Shown: one piece after another, positions 12,301 through 24,329 of the stretch
Layout of the letters: the number at the start of each line of letters is the position of its first letter
Position numbering within the stretch: position 1 is the stretch's first letter
From: Sphaeroforma arctica JP610
Lineage: Eukaryota
Assembly (NCBI RefSeq): GCF_001186125.1
Contig: NW_014039875.1
Coordinates: 1 to 50,236 of the forward strand
Direction: 5' to 3'
Length of the DNA stretch: 50,236 nucleotides
The notes under the pieces: model-generated
Databases searched by the model: none
Seen by the model: only the letters and a program-made list of their open reading frames with translations
Told to the model about the DNA's origin: nothing
Program-made: the position numbers and the translations under genes

Positions 12301-15300
12301 GTGGATTTCACTCACTCACTCACTCACTCACGCATATATATATATGTGTGTGTGTGAGATAAATGTATGTATGTTTTTCATGTATATATATATATATGTA
12401 TGTATGTATGTTGAATATATGTATGTTTTTGATATTGTATAAATATGCTCAATGTTGCTTACCTATAGCAATTATTGTGAGTTTGTACAGAAGTCTACGT
12501 TTCTGACTTGGGTCATTCCAGTACCTACACAATACCGAATACGGAAGCAGTTGGAAGCAGGTAAATTGCATATGATTGAGCATATATCAACCCTTGGTGG
12601 TGAACGTTCTAGGGTTTTCAGGTTCTCACAACCGCTTCTATGAATAGTATATACTTATTCCTCGATGATGGGTAGGCAGACTGTTTGGCTAATCAAACCA
12701 ATCTCGAACATAAACGTGTATACATCCATGTATTTATAAGGCATCAATGTGTCGTATAGTACATCATCCCTTTTCTGTATTGTTGTCATATATTACACTA
12801 CACACATCCCGTCACAGCATATACCTGGTACTGAACGACGGCCATGTGGATTACCTCGAGGACGTGTTGGAGATGTTGACGTCGTGTCTATTCCACCGAC
12901 AAGAGATTTCCAGTGATGTGTGGGCACTCTTCCCCGCACTTTATGAGGTATTTCTATTGTAGACCCGATCATTCTGATCATGCATCAGAACCTCAGAACC
13001 TAGACATGCAAATATATATATATATACATGTATATGTATTCACATATGCATTCACGTATACACTCACATATGCATTCTTATTTCCATGTATAACGTATGT
13101 GTATTTATATATGCACTCAGTGGTCTATTCAATACGTGTGTAATATTGTCCACTCTATACATATGTGCTTCGCGTCTGGATAGAAATCTATTTCCACATA
13201 TTCATATCTATATCTGCATTTATATACACATATACGTATACATACATACACACACATATATATGTATATATAATTATATATATATATGTGTGTGTGTGTC
13301 TGTGTGTACTATATCTCATTCCTACTATACCCAACCCCATCCTCATCTCGTCCACCTCCCCCCTCTCCTTCCCCTGCCAGATCTTCACCACAGACGCCTT
13401 CGATTACTTCAATGAGATGATGCCCGTCATAGACCAGTGCCTGTCGAATGGCTCTGCCACATTCTTTGATAACGCCGACTATCTCTCCGCGGTTTACAAC
13501 ATGTGTACAGCTGTTATGGCGAACGAAGACGCGGGAGAGGAGATGCACATGCGTGCTGCCATGTTGTGTGGCTCTGTATTTACTAATCTGCGCGGCGACA
13601 AGTTCCCAAGTATGTCTTGTGCCGTGTGTTACTATAAGATGGTCGTGTGTGGGTCATGCCCTGTAGGGGTCTGGGCTGTGTTACGTTACGTTACGTTACG
13701 TTACGTTACGTTACGTTACGTCCGTATTCCCATTGCAATGACTCGTTCCACGTCCGTTTTACTGTGTACCAGTGAGTGCTATGTATGCTACATATTATAC
13801 ACCTCCTTTCCCTTACTAACCACATTGCTCCCGCTGCCATGGATACCGTGTGTAGGTGACAGCGGTTTACAGCTGCCCGAAGAAGCACACAAACAGTTCC
13901 TGCTGTTGCTGCTCAAGCGATTGAACCAGCCCATGGAGACCATGCAGCTGAAGGTGTCACTACTCATGGCGGTATGTGATCGTTTGTGTATGTTGTTGAT
14001 GTACAGAGATAGTATCGTGGTTTTGGTTGTACCTATGTTTGTGTACGTTGTGCGTATGTTGTTGATGTATAGATATAGTATGGTTGCATTGGTTGTACCT
14101 ATGTTTGTGTATGTTCTTTGTATGTTGTTGATCTACAGATATAGTCTTGTGGCATTGGTTGTACCTATGTTGTGTGTATGGTGTTGATGTACCGATATAG
14201 TATCGTGGCATTGGTTGTACCTATGTTTGTGTACGTTGTTGATGTATAGATATAGTATCATGGTATTGGTTGTACCTATGTTTGTGTATGTATAGATATA
14301 GTATCGTTTCATTGGTTGTACCTATGTTTGTGTATGTTGTTGATGTATAGATATAGTATCATGGTATTGGTTGTACCTATGTTTGTGTATGCCGTGTGTA
14401 TGTATAAATATAGTATCGTTTCATTGGTTGTACCTATGCTTGTGCGTGCTTCTTGTATGTTGTTGCTACCTGTTTTGGTTATACTTTACGTTCGCTAGGA
14501 ACGGCTATAGATTTATAACAAACCACACCAGTGCACGTCTGCTGCTTCCTTAGCGGTTCGTAATACCAAACGTCTATTGCCAACCGATACAGAGTCAGCC
14601 AAACCAATGATACAGGCTCGCGCATAATTGAATATCTACCTTTAATCAGGGCAAAGTGGTACTGAACATATCGGTTTGTACTGAACATCTACTACCCACC
14701 CACTGGTTATATCCACTGCGGTGCCACTCTTTACGGTTGAGGGCATGGAGCTTATACTGACTGACTACATATCTACCATTCAATATGTGTAAGTATTCTA
14801 TATCTACATACCTATCATCCTAACAGATCATCCTACACCCTCCATCCCCCCAGTTGGCCGAGGGCATCTTCTCCAACGCCGCCGTGTCCCTGGCCGTCTT
14901 CGAAGGCATTCAGCCCAGCCAGACAGACTATGTGTTCAGCATGCTGTGCTCACACCTGGAGAAGTTTACGCGTGTACATGACCTACAGTTGCTGATTGGT
15001 TTGTTCTGTGAGCTGCTGTGTCTGAGTGAAGAGGCTCTGCCTATGGTGTTGCGGCAGAAGTACGGGCCGGTGACTATGATGCAGATTGTCGCCACGTGCT
15101 TCCAGAAGATCCCGGAGGCAGAGAAGCGTATGTATATGTGTGTGTTTGTGTATAGATGTGTGCGGGAGTGGTCAAGCATTGGTGTAATAGCAGAATGTTA
15201 GCAGCCGAATCTATAGACTATACTATACTGTTCCCCCCCCCCACACACTCACTCACTCACACGCTACTGTCTATTACCACCTATAGCCTGTCTGTTACAC

Positions 15301-17494
15301 CTGCCTTCTCTCCCTTAGCGTATATAAAACGCAGGGGTTGTTAAAAAGGTGTTGGGGTACAGCCACAGGATCCATGTGTGGGGGGGGGGGTTGCCCTGGT
15401 AGTGTGTGGCGTACTTCTGGGCCAAGAGAAACGTGCCGGTGAATCATACCACATACCAGCGTCAATGAAACATACGCATGTATTTATCAGCCTTTCATCA
15501 GTACACAATACGGTAAACTAGCACGAGGAGTGGTACGAGGGAGAAATAGAACCACTGGATGAAGGGCATGTATGCCCCCCTTATTTCTCATATGTGTGCC
15601 CTTATTTTCCCATATATGTTATTTTAATAGGAAGAGAGAAGTACGAGGAGTTGTACCATGGCGAAGTGGAATCGGAAGACGAAGAAGAATTCAATGAGGC
15701 CGACGCGGCAGCCATTGAGGCGCAAATCGGTGACGAAGTGGACGACGACGACGACTTCGAAGACGAGGAGGGTGATGCATACCTTAGAAGATTGGAGAAG
15801 GTACGAATATATAGTTCTATATATATATATATGATGAGTGCGTGTCCGCTTTTACTTTTTATTATGGTATTCTTGTCCACGTCTCAGTGTGCAATACGGA
15901 CAGCATGCGCATTTCAACCCTTCCCGTCCACCCAGATTTCATTACCTTCCTCTAGCTTACTTACCTACTGACCTACTATCTCTACCCGGTGTTCTATTTT
16001 TAGATGGCCCAATATAGAGGCGAAGACGGTGAAGACGGGCTGGATGATGATCTATTTGATGAGGATGATCTATGCGCTGATAACATTATTGATAACATGG
16101 ACCCCTACGTGCTGCTCAGCGATACGATACACGGCAAGCGACCGTTCAAGGGCGGCAACCCTACACAACCTGGTATGCATGCGGATATACCTTTGCTTGA
16201 TGTGTACATATATGCAGATTTAATGTGTATATAAATATTGATTTAATGTGTATATAGAAATGGATTTAATATGTATATAGATATTGATTTAATGTGTATA
16301 TAGAAATGGATTTAATGTGTATATAGATATGGATTTAATGTGTATATAGATGTGGATTTAATGGGCATATATATATGGATCAATGTGCATATAGATATGG
16401 ATTTAGTGTGTTTATAGATAAAGATTTAATGTGCTTACAGGTATAGATTTGATGTGTATATAGATCTAGATTTAATGTGTATGAGTTTGTGGGTGCGTGG
16501 GTGGAACAGTTTGGTATACATGTGGATACATATATAAATTCTTGTGTGTGTGTGCGTGTAAAGTGTGTGTAGTGGTTTAGTACGCAAGTGGATGTATATC
16601 TGCATAGGTGTATGTTTGTCTGTGTGTGTAGACATACACGGCGTTGCAATAGCTGTGTCACGTGAGTGCACCTGTACATGGTTCGGGTCTCTGTGTGCGT
16701 GTGCGCTTGTGTTGAATGTACTATCAATACGTAAACGTTGAGCTCTGGGGCTTCTTGTGCCTTAACGGCAAGGGGTTTATTTTGGGTTAATACAGTCGAG
16801 AGGTTAAAGTGGAAAATGTTAAACCCTAAAATGTTGTTTGTGCGAGTATCAGCAACTCTGGCTCTGACCTGAACCCCAACTAAACATCTGCATGGGTGTG
16901 CATGTAGTGTGTGTCGTATGTTTCTTGGGTTGTGTGCTGTAGGGCTGTGCTATATAGAGCGTGTTATTGCTGGCTGATTTCGTGATATACCTTCCCATTA
17001 ATGCGTATATAGTATATATATATATATATGTACCAGGGCGCAGACAGTGAAAGTATTTATGTTTTCGTTTACAGTTGAGGTTATTTGCATATATAGAGTA
17101 TAGGTGAATCGTGAATTCTGATGACCCCAATACAGTGATCGCAAACCTCCATGTGCTGTCAAGTACCTCTTCGCTATCTGTGTGCCTCACACGGAAACTG
17201 CGAAGGAATATCATCACGCATGGTCATGTTATATCTTATCATATATATATATCTATATATAATCACCCATTGTTAATCATGTCATGGCTCCTAGTGCTAA
17301 TTATGCCATCACATCACTCATTGGTTCATCTATACACTCCTATAGGAATCGGATCGCCCGCACAAGTAGGTTACAGGACCCCTGAGGGCTTCAGAGCATT
17401 GCTGGAGGGTGTGCCCCAGGAAGTACAGCAGGTGCTTATGGGAGTGTGCCAAACTGCCGTAGAGCGACAGACCGGCGCCGCCCAGACTGCCTAG
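3387..17494 (+). CDS. IPO7: Importin-7/8 family nuclear import receptor (Nmd5/Sxm1-like), 18 exons, ~1050-1060 aa
   Basis: Phase-consistent exons: 3387-3473, 4777-4997, 5305-5463, 6157-6379, 6682-6777, 7879-8091, 8837-9027, 9226-9550, 9811-9946, 10906-11078, 12148-12275, 12818-12947, 13381-13609, 13856-13971, 14854-15127, 15631-15800, 16004-16133 (GC donor) or -16172 (GT donor), 17346-17494. Family motifs: QAEEQL, AVYLKN (IBN_N), HDYPE, WLAKKWA, LFTRYG, DEELWQDDPQEY, RKDGAL, FMRARACW, DLPVRV, DAFDYF, acidic C-terminal tract. AATAAA near 17937. Confidence 0.92.
5455..5800 (+). repeat. ~47-bp tandem array spanning the exon-3 donor of the importin gene
   Basis: Unit gatacgagtatgtcgctacgtttatgtgactgttttgagtatatgtt, about 7 imperfect copies. 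Confidence 0.9.
7155..7890 (+). repeat. ~65-bp tandem array spanning the exon-6 acceptor of the importin gene
   Basis: 11 occurrences of cagctattcacaa; the last is the functional acceptor at 7878/7879. Confidence 0.92.
8340..8655 (+). repeat. ~89-bp intronic tandem repeat
   Basis: Three copies of tattcgtgtgagattagacactattcaaacgctggatagttgttgta. Confidence 0.85.
9994..10357 (+). mobile_element. Candidate solo LTR in importin intron 9
   Basis: TGTGA...TCACA termini, 364 bp, TATA-like motif near 10243, AATAAA at ~10308. Inserted within a (TA)n run with ATAT on both sides. Confidence 0.6.
13985..14465 (+). repeat. ~60-bp intronic tandem repeat
   Basis: Repeated gatgtatagatatagtatcgtggtattggttgtacctatgtttgtgta, about 8 copies. 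Confidence 0.85.
16215..16480 (+). repeat. ~23-bp intronic minisatellite
   Basis: Repeated gatttaatgtgtatatagaWatg. Confidence 0.8.
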
Positions 17495-18639
17495 GGGCCG
17501 ATAGGAATCGCCACTTGCCTGGGTGTTTATATACCTTCAAACTCGAGGACTTGTGTATGTGTATGTGTACACATGTGGGTATGGTACATACATATGACCC
17601 ACCCTGACGCATATTGTGCGTGTGGGAGATGTGTGGATGGGTTGGTACTACGTGCTTCGGAGCTGGGACGCTCGTATAAGCATTGAACGCTTGGCTGCAT
17701 GCATGTACACACATTAAGACGCATATTGTAACACTCAACCACCAACCACAATTACAATTTAGATACTTACAGTTCATAGCAGAGCATGTACGGTTTTGAA
17801 AACGGTGCAATTCACGGGATCGCCTCACACGTGTGCACACGCACACTCCCTCCCCCAAGATCCTTCCCCGCACACACAACTTAGGCACAATGAGGCCCGG
17901 CGGGTATGATGCTCAGATGATCCAACTTTAATGTACAATAAAGAAAACTGGCGTACCTCGGTAGTGTAGTGCTCGTGTTGTTTTGTTTTGTTTTTATGAA
18001 TACACCGAATGCTGCAGTATTCGATGAGGCTTTAGGTCGTGCGAGACTCGCACCCGAAAGTATGTAGCATGTTCACGTTAACGCAGTCATAAAGTGTATC
18101 TCCGTTTTCAGGTAGAAAGAAGTATATTAAAACGGACAAAACGTAGTACGTTTTAAGATTGCGTACTGATTTGGCAGCGTGTTAATTGAAGGCTGAAGCC
18201 TGCAGCCCGAATGGCCTGGGTTCTGACATACTCTGTACTAAATATTACAATGAAGTTGTGAACACTCTACACACACACACAGAGTGAGAATAACACTGTA
18301 ACTTTTGTACGTCTGTAACAGTGAAATGTGAATACTGAATTGTAGGGAACTTATAACTTGCTACATTGTACATGACTTTTCAGTTTTAACTAACTTTTAA
18401 CTGCCTAACCGCCGCAGTAAGGTTTTTAGACATATTTTGTTCAGAGGAACAAAGCAATATTTAATCTACTAGTTAGTAGACACTAGACATACTACTCACT
18501 CCGCCAAAACTTGTGACCGGTGGGCGGTGGATGCCAGTCTGCCTGAGTTTACAGTTGCAATACAACGTATTTACAAGTCATGTACATCACTTGTTGAATG
18601 TAAATACATGACTTGTTATTTATTTATTTATATGTACGA

Positions 18640-21600
18640 TAAAAGTTTGAAAAGTTCTAAGTTGTATAGTGCGATTTGTTGGCGAACGGCCGCGCAGGCT
18701 CGAAAGAAGAGGAGGTTGGTGTATGATTGGTGCTTTGTGAACCGAAGTGCGGGGTAATATGAGCTGGAGATTGGCAGATGACGATATATGTTGAATAGAT
18801 TTGTAAGTTCGAAATTAAGGAGATACACGATATGATTGGCGGCAGGATTCTCAAGGAAATCCTTCGGAAATAGTATAAATATATGGTTTAGTTCATTAAA
18901 AAGTTCATTCTACTAAGGTAGACGTTTATTCAACAATCGGGGAAATTAAACTAAGTTCACTTTTACATTGTGTTTTGAGCCGATCTTGGATTACAAATAA
19001 ACGTTAGTGGAAAATGGTTTACGAGAAGGATGATGCAGCTGAAACTGGGCAACCGCTCTGGAGATAAGTGAGAGGGGAGCCGATGACAACACTTATGGAT
19101 CGATGGGATTACGTCAGGGGTACCAAGGCTTATGAGCTCGAGGTGAAGAAAGGATGGTCTCGCCCAGCGATGGCTCTTTTGAAGGAGGTTACACCGGAGA
19201 CGAAGTCGGGACTAGAGGGCTATATCAGCAAGACTGCTATTGAGACGAAAGATCTGTACATCGCGGCTGCAGCATTGTATCCAGCGTTTAAGGATCCATT
19301 TGAATTGAGCGGAACCCAGGCGAATTTTGCGAAGGCAATAGGAGGGTGGGAATCCAAGCCTGAAAAGGTCATTGAGCATCTTCGTGAGATTTATTACTAT
19401 GGTGCTCGGCATGTTGCGGCGAAAGCTGAAGCGAAGAAAGTGCTCCCAGAACGGATCCATTTACTGAGGTGCCTTCTGAGGACGAACAGAACGGAAGTGA
19501 GACTGAGGAGGAAGTCGCTAGGGACAGTGACAGCAGTGATAACAGCGGAAGTAGCGACAGTGAGGATGAGGATGCTAAGAAGAAAAAGGAGTGCCTTCAG
19601 TTAAGGCAGCTACAGTAGGGAAGAAGGCTGATGCATCAGACAAGCCAAGGGCAGCAGCTAAGTTGAAGGTAGAGGCTAAGCGGAAACAGCGTGAGTATGA
19701 TATTTGTGCAAGGTGATTCGTAGGAATGCTAAGAAAGCGAATCAACACGGGGCACGCTGGATGGTTCCTATGCTGAGGAATGATGACTATGTGGATATGC
19801 TGCTTAAAGGGTTTTAAGGATGTAGTGATGGAGGGCTTAAAAGGATTGACTGATCGGAGTATAAGTCTGCTGAAAGCCTTGTTTGCGAGTCGCAAATCGG
19901 AGAAGTACATGGTTCTGAGGATGTTTGAGGCAGGAGGGTTGGGCCAGGTGCTGGAGCAGTTGTCTGAGATGAGAGAAAACGACATAGCGCGTCAAGAAGA
20001 GAGGGAACAAGCGGGCCGGAGACATCAAGCGAGGGTAGCCGCGAAAGCAGGTCAGTTGCACGAAGCTGCAACTAGACATGAGCCCAGGGTTTCAGGGATG
20101 ACAGGTCTGAGAGGGGCGTGCTTGTTTTGCAAGCAGGATGGTCACTATGTGAAAGAGTGTCCTGTGTTGAAAGACGTGGTGTGTCACGCGTGTAGCAAGA
20201 GAGGTCATACTGCGAGATTCTGTCCTACAACACGATCCGGGAGGTGCGTATGAGTGCAGATGGGACTGTGACATGCGGCGGCGACTAGTTATAAAGGACC
20301 AGGCCAACCTTTGATCTATAGTTATGTGGAGAGTGAACAGTATTATGTCGATATGTTTGTTGATCAAGGCGCCGATATGTCGATGATTTCTAAGGGTTTG
20401 GCAGAGCGTCTGGGGCTGGTTGCTCAGTACGATTTGTGTGGAATACAAGGTACGAGATGTTGAAGTTGTTTTGCCTACTTTAGTAGGAGAGAGGAGGGTT
20501 AAGTTGGATATGTGGGTTATGGATTGGGTTCCACACAATGCGGATATGTTGTTAGGCAGACGTGAATTGAATGGGTATGGATTAACTGGGGCATTGCTCA
20601 CTAGGCAAGCGGCGACTAAGAATACCCTGTTTCCGGTTGAGGTGGTAAGAGAGAAGCTATCAGACTTTAAGACCTGGCTGAGCAAAGAGGTGTCTGAGCC
20701 GGTGTTAGATTATATTCAGCATGTGGCGGCGCCGTTATTATATCAGCGAGCAGAACAGGTAACACCATGTGATAGTATGCAAGATGATGGGGGTTATGAT
20801 TCAGGTTATGAGAGTGATGGCTCTGGGGGTGAGGATGAGTATTTAATGTTCGATACGAGTGGCTTGGAACTGTTGGTTGGAGAATTGGGGAAGTCTACGG
20901 AAGAATTGGCGGAGTTGGTGGCGGCTATTAGGGGGTGGCGTACAATGACAAGGAACCAAAGTTTGTGAAGGATCGGATGCCTAAGCTTCAGATCGAAGAA
21001 GGAGGGGCACCTTTGAGACAAGTATATGCGGAGAAAGATGTGCGACTTATAGAAGTGATGAAGAAGAAGATACAACTATTGCTTGAAGCTGGGTTGATAG
21101 AGAGGGTGCAAAATACGGATTGGCTTACAGTGCCGAAACTTGTGTCTAAAGTGCAGGGTAGTAATCCCAGTTATGAGGAACCCAAGACTGGAGGATGTGT
21201 ATAAATTATATGCGTACGAATTATCAGCTAGATTCGGGTACATATCCGATATCAACAGAAGATGAGTTTCTGGCAACAGTTAAGGGGCGCAAGTGGAGAA
21301 CCAATGTGGACGCTGGAAATGGTTTTGGGCAGTTAATGATAGAGCCTGGTAGTCGAGGGGTAACTGTGTTTTTGACGCCCTGGGGTGAGAGGTTCTAATT
21401 TATTGGGATGCCGTTTGGTTTGAAGGAAGCATCATTTGTTTTTCAACAACTAATGGATGAGACATTGGAGGGTATTAAAAGAATTAAGACGTACATAAAT
21501 GATACAGCGATAGGTTTGGACGATCCAGTTGAGCATTGGGATGGTATTGTAGAGATGATCAGGCGCTTTGAGGCTAAGGGATACAGTTGCGGCTGTCAAA

Positions 21601-23630
21601 ATGTAATTTCGCGTATCGAGAAAATCTATAGTCGTGATGGGTCGAGAGGTTACAGATAAGGGTTCAATGATAAGTGAAGTGAAGCGTCAGGCGTTATTAG
21701 ATATGCCCAGGCCCAAAACTAAGGCCGAAGTCAGGTCGTGGTATCAGTGTTTTGGATGGTGGGCGAGATACGTTCCGAATTCCTCAAATGTGTTGGCTCC
21801 GATTAGTGATTTGACTAAGAAGAAGGTACGGTTCCAGTGGGGTCCTGAGCAGGAGAAGGTTTTTCAGTCGGCTCGGAAGATTTTGCAGGCGAAGACAGTC
21901 TTGGTAGAAAAGACAGTCTTGGTAGAACCTAGACAAGTGGAGCAACTTAGGTTGCAGACAGATGAGTCGGATTCAGGTAGAGGTGCTTGTTTATGTGTAA
22001 GAAGAGATAGAGAATGGCTTTCGATGGGCTTTGTGAGTTCCAAGATAGATTTCCATATTAATCTGTCTCCGACAGGTAGAGAATTGATAGCTCTAGCATA
22101 TGGATTTTTGAAGTTCGCGGGTTTGATTAGGAGGTCGTACGAGGTGCTTATAGTCGAGATGGATTATCAGCCTTTAATTAATGTGGTTCAGCAGGCAGAG
22201 TTCACGTCGGATCCATTGGGTAAGAGACGGTACAGAAATGTTATGTATGTACGGTCGTTTGATATGGATTTGCGGTACCTGGAAGGGCCAAAGAACGAAG
22301 TTGCGGATGGACTTAGTCGTATACCGTGGTGGTTTGATCCTATTATGCTGCCTGTGTCGGTAGAGGGTGTTAAGTTCGCTGCATGCGCAAAAATGGGTCT
22401 GCCAAAGATTGATGAAGGTGTGGACTTGCCATTTGATAAAGTTTGCAAGAATGTGGAAGATAGGAGGGTCCGGCTGGCGGCAGTTAAAGAGAAGCTATGA
22501 GTGTTAAAGGAGATTCTTGATGACAAGGTTGGTGCAGACTTCGAGGTTCGTGTGGGTTTATTGCATCAGCAGGCTACTGCAGTGATAGAGAGAGGCATTA
22601 CTAAGATGTGGGATCCGGATGTAATGGCCAGCGAACAGCTTAAGTGTATTGGTCTAAGTGAATGGTCAGAACTTGTTCAGCCTTGGCAAGAGTACGTTAT
22701 TGCGTTGGTGCATTAGACTTTAGCGCATGCTGGGGTAGATAGGACATGGGAGTTCCTGAAGGTTAAGTATGGAGAGGAAGTGTTGCGTTCGCAGGCTGTG
22801 AAGGTTTTAAAGAGTTATGTCGCGTGTCAACAAGTTGAGGGGCTTCGTGGGACTACAGGGTTGTTAATGCAGCCTAAGTGACCGAAAGGGGTTGCAGTGT
22901 GTATAGGCATGGATCATTTGACCTTACCAAGGACAGTTCACGGTTTCGAAGGTATTGTTACGGGCCGGCATTATACGGGGCAGGTTGACAGAGTAATTTA
23001 GGCGAAGTTGTTAGAGGTGATAAGTTCTGAGCTTCTGAGTGAAGCTGCTGTGCGGGATAGATCGGTGGCCATTAAAGATGAAGTAGCGAAGGAGGCGCAG
23101 GCAAGGCGGCTGACAAGAATAGAAAGGAGGCACCAGATTGGCAGCCGGGGCAGTTGGTTTGGTATACTAGTAGGTCGAAGGATAGTAAGTTGGCGAAAAC
23201 CTATTTAGTGTGAGGTACAATTGTTATGAGGGAACATTTACAAGGGATGTACAAGATCAGAATTAATGGGAAGGTTAAGTCAGTGCATGTGGATCAGCTT
23301 AGTATTAGAATGCGTAGAAGGGAAGCTTGTTTGATCTGACATTGCAATTATACTGGTGAAGGGGCAGCTAGTGTTACAGAACTTGATGAAATGGTGGCAG
23401 TAATGCAATCAACAAAGATAGGGAGGACTTGGTTATATCCCATGAATTCAGCTTTTGGTATATATGTTGATACGATAGTCGATGCGGCGAAGCGAGGTGA
23501 GGGTAAGGGCGTGGTAGAAAATACTTTGGATTTGGCTATGAAGCATCACTTCAATAAGAACAGGTGAAACACGTTGCAGATGTTCTTCCAGGTTGCGAGG
23601 GATCCGATTTTGCGGAAGTGTAAACTTCGA
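18640..23630 (+). mobile_element. Decayed Ty3/gypsy LTR retrotransposon (partial 5' LTR plus gag-pol, no 3' LTR)
   Basis: LTR remnant 18640-18995 ends in ATTACA. Domain order is gag-PR-RT-RH-IN, typical of Ty3/gypsy. The right boundary is approximate. Confidence 0.9.
19014..23340 (+). pseudogene. gag-pol pseudogene
   Basis: Two CCHC knuckles (CLFCKQDGHYVKEC, CHACSKRGHTARFC), protease-like VDQGADMSMIS (~20360), RT (DAGNGFGQL, MPFGL, YIND in place of YxDD), RNase H (LQTDES, ELIAL, NEVADGLSR), integrase HHCC remnant and GMDHL with most of the core missing. Many stops and frameshifts. Confidence 0.9.
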
Positions 23631-24329
23631 TGGATATTTCTATGTTTCAAACTATGTCATATAAATTAAGATACAATTTAAGTCAGTTAGGATTTAGCAG
23701 TGGTAGCTTGTGCAAGAATGATCGGGACTGCCTCTTGGTACGAGCCTTAATATCCTCTATCACATAGGACGTACCTCTAGCTGTTCTTTATTGAATAATT
23801 TTCACTAGAAGTACTAAGTGTTCGTGACCACATGTCTAATTTGTAGATAGACATAAGAACGTAAGTCACGTTAATACATTAGCTGATATAAATAAAGTTC
23901 CATCTGAAGAAAAGTTAAAAAAAGAAAAAGACTTATTGGATTTTGGAGATTGGCGGGAGGACCTAAATTTATAAGTAGTAGTTCGGAGATTATAAAATTT
24001 AGTTTATAATATCCTACATCTGCTATCGTCTCAAATACGACCTAGTAAATGAGTCATACCAAATACTCAGGCTATTGGAGCCATCAAAGTGAATTTAGAA
24101 CACTTTGGAAATATTGGAGAAAAAAAACTTATATTTAATTATTTTAAATACAAATAAAAACCAACGTGTTATCTCATTTGATCTTGATATTTTAGACTGA
24201 CCGGAGGCCGTATTTCTACANNNNNNNNNNNNNNNNNNNNTATTTAATTATTTTAAATACAAATAAAAACCAACGTGTTATCTCATTTGATCTTGATATT
24301 TTAGACTGACCGGAGGCCGTATTTCTACA

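Noticed and set aside
18005..18065. Hairpins with GATGAG...CGAAA resembling a hammerhead ribozyme (also CTGATGA at ~987)
   Set aside because: The core lacks an intact CUGAUGA/GAAA pair with supporting stems.
18573..18616. 12-bp inverted repeat beside the truncated LTR
   Set aside because: Too short to assign a function or element boundary.
562..18639. Importin gene captured inside an LTR element
   Set aside because: The left LTR follows a PPT (3' LTR) and the right LTR precedes gag (5' LTR), so the gene lies between two elements rather than within one.
23390..23630. Possible chromodomain or extra ORF after integrase
   Set aside because: Translation shows no chromodomain motifs and is short and interrupted.
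24132..24328. Exact ~88-bp direct duplication either side of an N gap
   Set aside because: Typical unmerged contig overlap, so an assembly artefact.
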